The notes under the pieces: generated by a model | Seen by the model: only the letters and a program-made list of their open reading frames with translations | Database searches by the model: none | Told to the model about the DNA's origin: nothing | Program-made: the position numbers and the translations under genes | Shown here: in pieces, positions 47,151 through 56,043 of the stretch | Position numbering within the stretch: position 1 is the first letter of the stretch | Layout: each line of letters opens with the position of its first letter | DNA from: Candidatus Omnitrophota bacterium | Lineage (GTDB): Bacteria; Omnitrophota; Omnitrophia; Omnitrophales; Aquincolibacteriaceae | Reading direction: 5' to 3' | DNA: 64,000 nt | NCBI GenBank assembly: GCA_043821445.1 | Contig: JBDRCT010000013.1 | Coordinates: 82,149-146,148 of the forward strand

Positions 47151-47450
47151 TTAGAAAAGGACGGGGGGCGCTCGGCCGTGTATCGGGGAAAGGAATTTAA
47201 ACGGTAATGATTGTCTAAATTCTGAGAGGTTAAATCGTTCTTGCTGCATCCTGAGAAAAAGAAGAAAAACACAGAAAAGAATGAATCCAAGCGCAATAAC
47301 AAATTGGCATAAGGGGCAACGATCCCCGTCATCCTTATCACCGTCATGATGGGACGCGTGGATCAGAGGATGGAAGGCGAGCGCAGCAAATCCTATCAAT
47401 AGAAGGATTGCTGCAAAATGGAACGCTTTATTTCTTTGGAATAGAATCAT
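47151..47450 (-). CDS. DUF2946-like small protein with His cluster, CxxC and C-terminal RAPP
   Basis: TM-HPLIHASHHD...CPLC-TM-...GRAPPVLF. Confidence 0.75.
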   Translation of the reverse strand: MILFQRNKAFHFAAILLLIGFAALAFHPLIHASHHDGDKDDGDRCPLCQFVIALGFILFCVFLLFLRMQQERFNLSEFRQSLPFKFLSPIHGRAPPVLF

Positions 47451-47520
47451 AATTCCCCCAAATGAGAAGGAAGATTACACCCTACAAGAGCAGCCATCAA
47501 TAAAAAATGCGCCCCAAAAC

Positions 47521-48243
47521 CTAGGTCGATTTTTCGGCCATGCGGGAGTGTATGGTCTCGCTCAATTTTGAGAAATCGCCGGGCTCGAGATGGGCCGTCT
47601 CGACGGGCTCCAGAACGGTCAGGTTGCAAAAGACCTTGGACTTCATAATCCAATCCCCTTTAGGGATCGCATGCCTCGTTCCGCTGATGACGACCGGAAG
47701 AACCGGGACTTTTTCGGAAATGGCCAGTTTGAAAGCCCCAGCCTGGAAAGGGTTCATCTCCTCCGTTTCGCTGCGCGTCCCTTCCGGAAAAAAAAGAACG
47801 GACATCCCCGACCGGAGATACCGGATCGCTTCCCGGTAAACATCGCGGATGCTGGCCCGGTCATTGCGCTTCAAACGGATGTGTCGGCAAAGCCCGAGAC
47901 ACCATCCCAAAAAAGGAACACTGAAAAGACTTTCTTTCGCCACCCACTTGAACTGCAGGTGAAGCTGGTATAGAACCACGATGTCCGCCAAACTCTGGTG
48001 ATTGGCCACGATCACATAGGTGCGTTTGGGGTCCGCATTCCCGAGACCGTTCACCTTCAGTTTCCAATACGGACTCAGGCCGATCACGGCGTTTGACCAC
48101 CAGAAACACTGCCGGTGCAGGATCTTTCTCTGTTGATCAAAAGGAAAACAGACGGCAAGAAGGGCCAGCTGGACCAGATAAAGAAGCGCGATCAGCAAAA
48201 CACAGCTGACCCAGAAAAAAATAGATAGTAACGCGTTCAGCAC
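47521..48243 (-). CDS. plsC: 1-acyl-sn-glycerol-3-phosphate acyltransferase
   Basis: ANHQSLAD, FKWVAKESLF, FFPEGTRS, GAF. Confidence 0.92.
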   Translation of the reverse strand: MLNALLSIFFWVSCVLLIALLYLVQLALLAVCFPFDQQRKILHRQCFWWSNAVIGLSPYWKLKVNGLGNADPKRTYVIVANHQSLADIVVLYQLHLQFKWVAKESLFSVPFLGWCLGLCRHIRLKRNDRASIRDVYREAIRYLRSGMSVLFFPEGTRSETEEMNPFQAGAFKLAISEKVPVLPVVISGTRHAIPKGDWIMKSKVFCNLTVLEPVETAHLEPGDFSKLSETIHSRMAEKST

Positions 48244-48250
48244 AAACTCC

Positions 48251-48514
48251 TTAGCGGCGGTGAAAGATCATAAAAAAAATGGCCAGACTTAAAGCTGCGA
48301 GAATGGCACCGAGGATCCGGGTATTCCGGACTTCGCGCGGTTCATCGATCGGGGCCACCTTCCAGTTGAAGCGCTCCATGATCCATTGATAAAGACCTAT
48401 CGACCGCTTGGGCCAACCCACTGACAAAGCACCCACGGCGAGACCCAAACAACCGATCCCGAGAAAAACAAGTTTTGTAGCCATGAAACAACAACTGCTA
48501 AGCGGACATTGCAT
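48251..48514 (-). CDS. Small two-TM hypothetical protein
   Basis: 87-aa ORF with AGGAG SD and two hydrophobic segments. Confidence 0.7.
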   Translation of the reverse strand: MQCPLSSCCFMATKLVFLGIGCLGLAVGALSVGWPKRSIGLYQWIMERFNWKVAPIDEPREVRNTRILGAILAALSLAIFFMIFHRR

Positions 48515-48577
48515 ATTCTTCTCCTTTCAATCTGGCGTTCCTACGCGAGAACCTCCGCGTAATTCCGAATCCTCTTG

Positions 48578-48672
48578 ATAGGGTTTAGCGTTCAGGATAT
48601 AGGGTATAGGAAAATCACGACTGCCTCAACGCCAAACTCTTTCTATCCTCTATTCTCTAAACCTATACCTTA
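48578..48672. repeat. Inverted heptamer element at the helicase stop
   Basis: TAGGGTT TAGCGTT CAGGATA TAGGGTA ... CTATCCT CTATTCT CTAAACC TATACCT. Confidence 0.75.
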
Positions 48673-50727
48673 TTTTGTGTCTTCCCACGCGCTACGATAA
48701 CCATTCACGGATTCGACGTAGCGAAGCAGCTCTTCGAAAAAGGCGTGGTTGGAAAGGGTTGCGCTGTCCCCGATCATGATGAGCTTGCGCTTGGCACGCG
48801 TCATGGCAACGTTCATGCGGCGCGTATCGGTCAAAAAACCCAGCTTCCCTTCCCGGTTGGAACGGATCAGCGAAACGATCACCGCTTCTTTTTCCCGGCC
48901 TTGGAACGCGTCCACGCTGTCGATCTCCAGCGCCGCTAAGTCGCCCGAATCACCTTTTTCGCCAAGGATCATCCCCGTCAGGAGCTTCACCTGCGCGCTG
49001 TAGGGGCTGATGATCGCAATTTCTTCCGGCGGCACGCCGGCTTTGATCAGACGGCTGAGCTCCTTCACCACAAGCTTCGCCTCCTGGGAATTAGAGCGGC
49101 TCTCGGTCCCCTCCTCGACCTCCTCCTCATACCCCAGCCCGGCAGTGTCCAGAAAAACAACGGGCGTTCCATCCAGGCCTTCAGTCTTCACATTCGAAAG
49201 GTCTTTCAGCTCGTGTCCCGCAACCGACGGATCGGCCGTGAGCGCGCTATCGTAGAATTCCCGGGATGAGAAATTCATGATGTCCTTATGCATCCGGTAT
49301 TGCCGCTCCAGCCGTACCTTGAACTTTGCGTCCAGGACTTCATGCAACCGCTCGAAAAGCGTGAACCCCAGGCCTCGTTCGCCGGGACGCGACCGGAAGA
49401 CCGTTGGCGGAAGCTGACAATGGTCCCCCGCCAGAATGACCTTGCCCCCGTGACGCATCGGGATCCAGGTCGCAGGTTCGATCCCCTGCGTCGCCTCATC
49501 CAGGATCACCCAGTCGAAGGCCTTGGCGCGAATGAGCGGATCGCCGCAAACCGTATGCGTTGCCACGATCACGTCGGAAGCGTTCCAGACCTGTTTGAAG
49601 ATCTGCGTCTTGAGATCGCGGATATCGTCGCGAAGCCTGTTCACCTCGTTGCGCATCTCGTTACGTTCTTCCCACGACATGACCCGCCGGTCCTGCCGCC
49701 TTTCCTTTTGACGGACAAACTGTTCGAGCTGTGCCTCATGAGCATCGATCATTTTTGCGTAGGGATGCGCGGCAAGCTTATAGCTCAAGGTATGCTCACG
49801 GACCCGTTCGGTAATACGCGCCGGATGGCCGAGACGCGTCACGGGGACCTTTTTTTTCACGAGACACTCCACCAAGTGATCGCATGCGGCGTTGCTCGGG
49901 GCCGAAACAAGAACGGTCTGGCCTTTTTGAAAAGCCTGATGAATGATCTCGGTCAACACCCGCGTTTTTCCCGTCCCCGGAGGCCCGTGAATGAGTAGCA
50001 TATCTTCGGCCTCAAGCGCCATCGCGACGGCTTTTTTTTGGTCACTATTGAGCGTCGGATCAAAACTCCGGAATACTTCTGCAGGGACAGGATCCCCCCA
50101 AAGGGGTTTTTTGAGACCGAGACTGATATCCCTGAGCCGGGCGACCTTGGAATGTTCCGCGGTACGCGTCATTTGCAAAGCTTCATACATGCGCTGATAC
50201 GTGGTTCGGTTTTCGGAAAGGTTGAGTTGGTAACTTTTTTCACTCTCGACCCACCCCGGGATCCTGCCACTGAAAGCGACCGTGATGCTGGAACGGTCTT
50301 TTTCATAGATCGTCCCAGAGGGGCAATCCTCCGGGGGTGTTTGGAAACCGGAAAGTGAAACGACGTCGCCTGGATCCAGCGAATAACGCGGCAAAGACCG
50401 GCCGTTCTGGAGCGCAAAGGTAAGAAGCTTCTGGCCTGAAGGGTTGTAATGGGTTTCCAGAAGATCGAGCCGGAAAATGGCTTTGCCTCTTTTTTCACGC
50501 TCTTCGGGTTTTCGATCCAGAAAATCCGTCTTGAAGCGGCCCTGCTCTTCGCGTTCTTCGTCACGGAGAAGGCGTGTCAGACGGAGAAAATGCTTTTCGA
50601 TGACGGCCTCGTCGCCGACCCAGATCCTCCGCTCTTCTTTTTTCTCGACTCTCGGAGGAAGAGGCGGTTTGGAAAATTTTTTTTTGAATTTCCGCGGTCT
50701 ATCACGATAGGTGTGGGCCATGATCAA
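48670..50727 (-). CDS. Superfamily 1 helicase (IGHMBP2/Upf1/Dna2-like)
   Basis: HGPPGTGKT, APSNAACD, LDEATQ, GDHCQLPP, QYRM, FQGREK, RRMNVAMTRAK. Confidence 0.93.
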   Translation of the reverse strand: MIMAHTYRDRPRKFKKKFSKPPLPPRVEKKEERRIWVGDEAVIEKHFLRLTRLLRDEEREEQGRFKTDFLDRKPEEREKRGKAIFRLDLLETHYNPSGQKLLTFALQNGRSLPRYSLDPGDVVSLSGFQTPPEDCPSGTIYEKDRSSITVAFSGRIPGWVESEKSYQLNLSENRTTYQRMYEALQMTRTAEHSKVARLRDISLGLKKPLWGDPVPAEVFRSFDPTLNSDQKKAVAMALEAEDMLLIHGPPGTGKTRVLTEIIHQAFQKGQTVLVSAPSNAACDHLVECLVKKKVPVTRLGHPARITERVREHTLSYKLAAHPYAKMIDAHEAQLEQFVRQKERRQDRRVMSWEERNEMRNEVNRLRDDIRDLKTQIFKQVWNASDVIVATHTVCGDPLIRAKAFDWVILDEATQGIEPATWIPMRHGGKVILAGDHCQLPPTVFRSRPGERGLGFTLFERLHEVLDAKFKVRLERQYRMHKDIMNFSSREFYDSALTADPSVAGHELKDLSNVKTEGLDGTPVVFLDTAGLGYEEEVEEGTESRSNSQEAKLVVKELSRLIKAGVPPEEIAIISPYSAQVKLLTGMILGEKGDSGDLAALEIDSVDAFQGREKEAVIVSLIRSNREGKLGFLTDTRRMNVAMTRAKRKLIMIGDSATLSNHAFFEELLRYVESVNGYRSAWEDTK

Positions 50728-50737
50728 TCCTCAAACC

Positions 50738-50837
50738 GTTGCAACAAGTTAAGGCATGTTGCAGGACGTTACATGAAAAGCGATAAATGCATCTTGACGT
50801 AACCTGAGGCAACCTCCTGCAACCCCTTGTAACCTGA
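50738..50837. repeat. Inverted decamer tandem-repeat element
   Basis: GTTGCAACAA GTTAAGGCAT GTTGCAGGAC GTTAC ... GTAACCTGAG GCAACCTCCT GCAACCCCTT GTAACC. Confidence 0.75.
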
Positions 50838-50840
50838 TCA

Positions 50841-51257
50841 TCATTCTCCAAGGATCTTGACGAGCACGCGTTTCCGACGGCGGCCGTCGAACTCGGCATA
50901 AAAAATACGCTCCCAAGTCCCGAAATCAAGGCATCCCTTCGTGATGGCGACCATGACCTCGCGACCGAAAAGCTGGCGCTTGACATGGGAGTCGCCGTTA
51001 TCCTCGCCGGTCCGGTGATGACGATACCCCTTGAGATCGTAGGGCGCCATACGCTCGAGAAAATCGTCGAAATCCTGAATCAGACCTGGCTCGTCGTCAT
51101 TGATGTAAACGCTTGCGGTGATGTGCATGGGGTTGACCAGGCAAAGGCCCTCCTGAACGCCGCTTTTCATGACCGCGGCTTCGACTTGGGGCGTGATATT
51201 GATGTAATCGCGTTTTTTCTTTGTTTCGAACGAGAGATATTCGGTGTGTGTTTTCAT
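50841..51257 (-). CDS. yjbQ: YjbQ/UPF0047 family protein
   Basis: [28 protein letters not shown]...EFDG.R. Confidence 0.93.
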   Translation of the reverse strand: MKTHTEYLSFETKKKRDYINITPQVEAAVMKSGVQEGLCLVNPMHITASVYINDDEPGLIQDFDDFLERMAPYDLKGYRHHRTGEDNGDSHVKRQLFGREVMVAITKGCLDFGTWERIFYAEFDGRRRKRVLVKILGE

Positions 51258-51291
51258 GGCTTACCTCCTTGATAAAGGAATGTGGGTAATC

Positions 51292-51575
51292 TAGTCCCAA
51301 TACTTATCAATTTCATCCTTAATGAAATTAGGGCAATCCTTGTCACCCTTTGGTAAAAAATCCAAGACAAGGATAGTCCCAATACCTATCAATTTCAATG
51401 AAGTTGAAATTGGGGCCGTCCTGACTACCATTCGGAAAAAGAAAATAAAAGTCAGGACCGTCCTTGTCCCAACCCTGTAAAAAACTTAAAGGTGGTTGGG
51501 ACTATACTGATTACCATTAATTTTGGATAAAAATCAGTATGCCGACCATTTGAGAAAAAATCCGAGGCAAGGATA
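51292..51575. repeat. Seven-unit modular hairpin array with a nested insertion
   Basis: A 51294-51334, B 51337-51373, A 51376-51416, C 51419-51457, B' split (51461-51466 + 51542-51573) by D 51466-51502 and E (C variant) 51505-51539. Confidence 0.9.
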
Positions 51576-51595
51576 GCACGAAGACGGGGGCGAAC

Positions 51596-51639
51596 AAAAA
51601 AGACCTCCGCCCCATCTTTGTCTGGATGGGGCAAAGGTC
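51596..51639 (-). terminator. Intrinsic terminator
   Basis: Minus strand GACCT..GCCCCATC-loop-GATGGGGC..AGGTC-TTTTTT. Confidence 0.7.
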
Positions 51640-51679
51640 AATGATCTGAAACTCCGAGCTTTTTACGGGAACGTCCGGT

Positions 51680-52057
51680 TTATACCGGAAGTGCTTGACT
51701 TATGGTGGTCTCAGAGAATTTTTCGGCGATCGTTTCCGGTTTCATGATGGGCTTATAGTCGGTCGAACCGGGAAAAGGAAAGGTCGCGACGTCATAGATC
51801 CCGGCCCCGACCCTCAAGAGTGCATACCCGATCCCCCGCCCGATGCTCACGACAAATCCTGTGAGATAATCCGGACTCTTCTCCATCGCGGTGGGCACTT
51901 GCATCACGAGTTCTCCCGGACCGGTCACAATATTCGTCACTCCGCGACCGAACTTGTCGAGCGCCTTAGTGGAATTCATTTTTTCTGCAAGAGCGGCTTC
52001 GGCGTGAGCGCCCGAAAACACCCATACGACGGCGAGGAATAGAGCAAATTTTTTCAT
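51680..52057 (-). CDS. Exported protein resembling the exosortase-system-associated TIGR04073 family
   Basis: KFGRGVTNI.TG..E, R..AG.YDVATFP.P. Confidence 0.75.
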   Translation of the reverse strand: MKKFALFLAVVWVFSGAHAEAALAEKMNSTKALDKFGRGVTNIVTGPGELVMQVPTAMEKSPDYLTGFVVSIGRGIGYALLRVGAGIYDVATFPFPGSTDYKPIMKPETIAEKFSETTISQALPV

Positions 52058-52190
52058 TTTAAGATTCTCCTTTTCTCATTCAAACCCATTCGTTCCATCC
52101 CTAGGTATCGACCATTTTATGTCTTTTTTAATTTTTTTTGAACACTCTTCTTCAGCGCCGTTCTCCAATTAATTTGATGGGTTAACGGTA

Positions 52191-52322
52191 CAGCCCAAGT
52201 CTCTTGTTTCATTTCCAGAAGGGTCGACTTGGACAGCCCCAATTTCCGCTATGCGGAAATGGATAAGTATTGGGACTGCACTGCGAACCATATGATATGA
52301 AATCAACAGTAACGCAGTGCTA
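52191..52322. repeat. Three-unit modular hairpin array starting at the amrA TAG stop
   Basis: GCCCAAGTC..GACTTGGAC (52193-52234), unit A (52236-52276), GCACTGCG..CGCAGTGC (52278-52320)+TA. Confidence 0.85.
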
Positions 52323-52856
52323 GTCCTCAAACCCCTCCGTTTGAAAGATCTCGATCGTGGCCTTCGGAAGCTCCTGCTCCGAAAGCCCCGCTTTCTCCAA
52401 CGCGCAACTCTCAAAAAAAGTTTTGGGGCCCCAACCGGTCTCCGTCGCGACTTCGGGAAGGTAAACTCCTTTTTTCCATCCGCAGGTCACGATGATACCG
52501 TCCGTTCCGATCCGGATATCTTTGTAGCTCTTCACCGGCGCAGGTTCCGTGAGGAGCGAAATGTGAAGCTTAAGGCCCTCCAATTCGTTCAAGGCAAGAG
52601 GCGGGAACCGCGGATCCTCGAACGCCGCGGCAAGGGTCATAGAACGTATGCTCTTTCCAAGAGGTTCGTCTCCCAGGATATGCCCGATACAACCCCGGAG
52701 ACGGCCCCCGTGCTTGAGCGTGACAAAGACCCCGCGCTTTTTTTCCAGGACTTCCCGGCTGAGCTCGAGTTTGGGCCCGGGTCCACCCGTCAAACGCGCC
52801 TTCAAAAGTTCCCGCGCATAGGCCAATATCTTTTTTGTCTCTTCCGCACCTAACAT
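52320..52856 (-). CDS. amrA: AmmeMemoRadiSam system protein A (AMMECR1 domain)
   Basis: GVFVTL...G.LRGCIG, AAFEDPRFPP, GVYLPEVA, KAGL. Confidence 0.93.
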   Translation of the reverse strand: MLGAEETKKILAYARELLKARLTGGPGPKLELSREVLEKKRGVFVTLKHGGRLRGCIGHILGDEPLGKSIRSMTLAAAFEDPRFPPLALNELEGLKLHISLLTEPAPVKSYKDIRIGTDGIIVTCGWKKGVYLPEVATETGWGPKTFFESCALEKAGLSEQELPKATIEIFQTEGFED

Positions 52857-53686
52857 GCCGCCCCCCTGTAAGCCATGGCCGCATAACCCACGACAGAACT
52901 CCTTTCCCCCGTGACATCTCCCGAATTCGCGTACCGGATCAGATGAGGACCTGACCATTTCATTTTCCTGGCCAGCAGGATCGAAGTCAGAACAGGCCCC
53001 ATGCCGCAGGCTTCAGCCTCCTCCCTGACATAAGCATCATAGATCGCTTCGGCATTCCCTTTTTCGAACAGAGCGATCAAAGCCTTGTCTTTTCCGGACG
53101 CTGCTTCATAAGAATAAAAGTGGGAAAGATCCGTGGTCGCCACCACAAGTAAGTTCCGACCCGCGAGGATCTTGGTTAAAGCCTCCGCGAGGATCGTGCT
53201 GTTTGTGATCTCCTGAATGCCGATGTAGACGGGAACGATCTTAAGGCCGGGGACCGTTTCTTGGAGGAATGGGATCTGGACCTCCAGGGAATGTTCTTCA
53301 AGCCGGTCGGGCATCGTATTTTGAAAAATGGGATGGAACATCCGGATCTCCCGGGCAAGTTCACGATTTACGGGAACACGGCCCAGTGGCGTTTCATAAG
53401 CGGCGACATCGTCTACGAACACGCCTTGCAAGAACAGTCGATGGAGAAAGGCGATAATGATCACGCTGTCGAATGTTCGCCCTTCGACCAATTTGTAGGC
53501 CTCGGCCGCGATCTGCCCCGAGTAGTCATAACCTGCGTGTGGGACGATCAGAGCCCGGACATCCGGGGCAGGAGTGCCCTTGGCTTCGGTTAAGAACCGC
53601 CGGACCTTTTTTTTGAGGAGTTCGGGCCCTTCGGGATAGAATTGTCCGCTCACCACCGCTGCACGGACTTTTTCCTGGACATTCAT
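52850..53686 (-). CDS. amrB: AmmeMemoRadiSam system protein B (MEMO1 family)
   Basis: SGQFYP, PHAGYDYSG, ETPLG, EHSLEVQIPFLQ, TDLSHF, ACG.GP, YANSGDV, VVGY. Confidence 0.93.
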   Translation of the reverse strand: MNVQEKVRAAVVSGQFYPEGPELLKKKVRRFLTEAKGTPAPDVRALIVPHAGYDYSGQIAAEAYKLVEGRTFDSVIIIAFLHRLFLQGVFVDDVAAYETPLGRVPVNRELAREIRMFHPIFQNTMPDRLEEHSLEVQIPFLQETVPGLKIVPVYIGIQEITNSTILAEALTKILAGRNLLVVATTDLSHFYSYEAASGKDKALIALFEKGNAEAIYDAYVREEAEACGMGPVLTSILLARKMKWSGPHLIRYANSGDVTGERSSVVGYAAMAYRGAAC

Positions 53687-53821
53687 ACCTGTCCCTCAGC
53701 TTAAAGTTCCGAGGTTATTCTACACCCAAAAAAGACCGGGAAAACCCTTAAAATTTTAAGCGAGGGATGTCTGGAATTCGGCGTGACCCCGTATTATAAT
53801 TTAAGAAAAGAGAGGCCTCCC

Positions 53822-54886
53822 ATGGAAAGTAAAATCCTTAATTCCGTCAAGATCGCGTTCTTTGATGCCAAACCCTACGACATTGAGTCTTTTGATGATG
53901 CGAATAAGAATTTTGGGGGTAAGATCACCTATTTCAAAAACCATCTTACGCTCGAGACTGCTTCTCTGACCCAAGGTTTTCAGGTCGTTTGTGTTTTCGT
54001 AAACGATAATGTCCAAAAAGATGTCATCGAGATCCTGGCCCAAAACGGGGTCCGGCTTATCGCGATCCGTGCCGCCGGATACAATAATCTCGACTTGAAA
54101 GCTCTCTTCCAGAAGATCCACACCGTCCGTGTCCCGGCTTATTCCCCCTACGCCGTAGCCGAACACGCGGTCGCCCTCATGCTGGCTCTGAACCGCAAAG
54201 TCCACCGGGCCTATTACCGAACCCGCGATAGTAATTTCACATTGAACGGTTTGTTAGGCTTTGACATGCATGGGAAAACCGCGGGCGTCATCGGCACGGG
54301 AAAGATCGGAAAGGTCTTGATCGAGATCCTCAAAGGTTTTGGGATGCGCATCCTGGCTCACGATACCTTTCCTGACCCGGAGTATCAGAAAAAAACGGGG
54401 TTCGAGTACGTAGACCTCGATACCCTTTACAAAAATTCCGACATTCTTTCACTCCATTGCCCGCTCACGAAGGAAACCTACCATTTGATCGACGAGACGA
54501 GTATCTCGAAAATGAAACAAGGCGTGATGATCATCAACACGAGCCGGGGCATGCTGATCGATTCCAAAGCTCTCATCAAGGGGCTCAAAACAGGCAAGAT
54601 CGGCTTCGCAGGCCTGGACGTTTACGAGGAAGAAAGCGATTATTTCTTTGAAGATTTTTCCAACAAAGTCATCACAGACGACGTCCTCGCTCGCCTCCTC
54701 TCTTTTAATAATGTGGTCATCACGTCGCATCAAGGATTTTTCACCCGGGAGGCACTTCGGAATATCGCGTCCACCACGCTTGAAAACGTCCGGGAATTTT
54801 TCACGGAAGGGAAAATACCGAATGAGATCTGTTACAAGTGTTCCACGAGTTCATGTCCGCGCAAAACCACAGGAAAGTGTTTTTAA
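53822..54886 (+). CDS. ldhA: D-lactate / D-2-hydroxyacid dehydrogenase
   Basis: RVPAYSPYAVAEH, GVIGTGKIG, SLHCPLT, INTSRG, LDVYEEE, TSHQGF. Confidence 0.92.
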   Translation: MESKILNSVKIAFFDAKPYDIESFDDANKNFGGKITYFKNHLTLETASLTQGFQVVCVFVNDNVQKDVIEILAQNGVRLIAIRAAGYNNLDLKALFQKIHTVRVPAYSPYAVAEHAVALMLALNRKVHRAYYRTRDSNFTLNGLLGFDMHGKTAGVIGTGKIGKVLIEILKGFGMRILAHDTFPDPEYQKKTGFEYVDLDTLYKNSDILSLHCPLTKETYHLIDETSISKMKQGVMIINTSRGMLIDSKALIKGLKTGKIGFAGLDVYEEESDYFFEDFSNKVITDDVLARLLSFNNVVITSHQGFFTREALRNIASTTLENVREFFTEGKIPNEICYKCSTSSCPRKTTGKCF

Positions 54887-54901
54887 TCAAAGGAGTCTTT
54901 T

Positions 54902-55255
54902 ATGAAGCGATCTTCAGGATCTTCAGCCGCCCGGCCCGGAAATTTCACCGGCATGACGCTTGCGATCGCAAGCTTGGTGGAGTATCAGGCACATTCGGTC
55001 GTCAGCAAGCAGATCCTAAGCAAAAAAACGGGATCGCTTACGCTCTTCGCCTTCGATAAAGGCGAAGGTTTAAGCGAACACACCGCGCCTTACGATGCGT
55101 CGGTCCTTATCCTCGACGGAAAAGCCACGATCATGATCGATGGAAAACCGCACAAACTGGAGAAAGGCGAGATGATCATCATGCCCGCGGGCGTCCCGCA
55201 TTCGCTCAAAGCCGCTAAACCTTTCAAAATGCTCCTCATCATGATCCGGTCTTGA
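54902..55255 (+). CDS. Cupin domain protein
   Basis: TLFAFDKGEGLSEHTAP.DA, IIMPA..PHSL. Confidence 0.9.
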   Translation: MKRSSGSSAARPGNFTGMTLAIASLVEYQAHSVVSKQILSKKTGSLTLFAFDKGEGLSEHTAPYDASVLILDGKATIMIDGKPHKLEKGEMIIMPAGVPHSLKAAKPFKMLLIMIRS

Positions 55256-55308
55256 ACCCGGATAAATAGCCGGACGATTTCGGTGCTTTATTTTCCGTTT
55301 GAGCTGTG

Positions 55309-55348
55309 AAAAAAAAAAGGGCGAACCGGCCCTTAAGCCAGTTCGCCC
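55309..55348 (-). terminator. Intrinsic terminator between convergent genes
   Basis: Minus strand GGGCGAACTGGC-ttaagg-GCCGGTTCGCCC-T10. Confidence 0.8.
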
Positions 55349-55399
55349 CACCTTCCCGAAGAGTTTTGACGTTTATTGCCTTATCAAACTTTATCTGCC

Positions 55400-55936
55400 C
55401 TAACGCCCTTTTTTTCGATCGGGACTTGCTCCGGGACCGCCCTTAGGACCCGGGGGATTTTCCCAGTTGGTCCCCGGACCACCTTTGGATCCAGGAGGAT
55501 TATTGTCCTTGTCCCTTTTGCCGGCCATTTTCTTTTCTTTTCTGTCTACAACGCCATTGTTATTCCGGTCAACCCGTTCTTTCCGGAGTTCCTTTTTAGC
55601 ATCACCCAGTTCTTTCCTGTCCTGATGTCTCTCCTGGGCATTTTCCTTATATATCGTTTGCAACTGCGCCTGGAGTTCCTTGACCTTCGCGGTATCTCCG
55701 GCTGCCTCAGCCTCCTTGATCTGTTTTTTCAGACTCTTCCCTTCCGTCCGAGCGGCTTGAGCGTGGGTCTTCATCTCTGCCTTCTGGGCTTTGATCGCTT
55801 CTTTGTCCGCCGCGAGCTCCTCCTTTTTAAGACCCGGCGCCGTGGAAGCGCCACTCTCTTCCGCATGGACCTTTGCGGCACAGAGCAAGGAACCGCAGAA
55901 AATAACCGCCACAAACACCCACAGCATCTTTCTCAT
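55400..55936 (-). CDS. Secreted coiled-coil protein with an EF-hand-like loop and NPPG-x-x-GGPG repeats
   Basis: Signal peptide; DRNNNGVVDRKE; NPPGSKGGPG and NPPGPKGGPG. Confidence 0.75.
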   Translation of the reverse strand: MRKMLWVFVAVIFCGSLLCAAKVHAEESGASTAPGLKKEELAADKEAIKAQKAEMKTHAQAARTEGKSLKKQIKEAEAAGDTAKVKELQAQLQTIYKENAQERHQDRKELGDAKKELRKERVDRNNNGVVDRKEKKMAGKRDKDNNPPGSKGGPGTNWENPPGPKGGPGASPDRKKGR

Positions 55937-56043
55937 GCTAGTTTCTCCTTTTTAAAAAAGTTGACCGCTATCAAATTCCGACCGCGTTCATTTTATACCT
56001 TAGAAAACTATCGGGCAAGCATTCAAAAAATCTCCAAGCCGCT

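Noticed and set aside
48670-50727. Helicase as part of an anti-phage system
   Set aside because: Stand-alone SF1 helicase among housekeeping genes, with no nuclease or other defence partner adjacent.
51292-51575. CRISPR array
   Set aside because: No constant repeat alternating with unique spacers; every unit is itself a hairpin and unit types recur elsewhere; no cas genes in the window.
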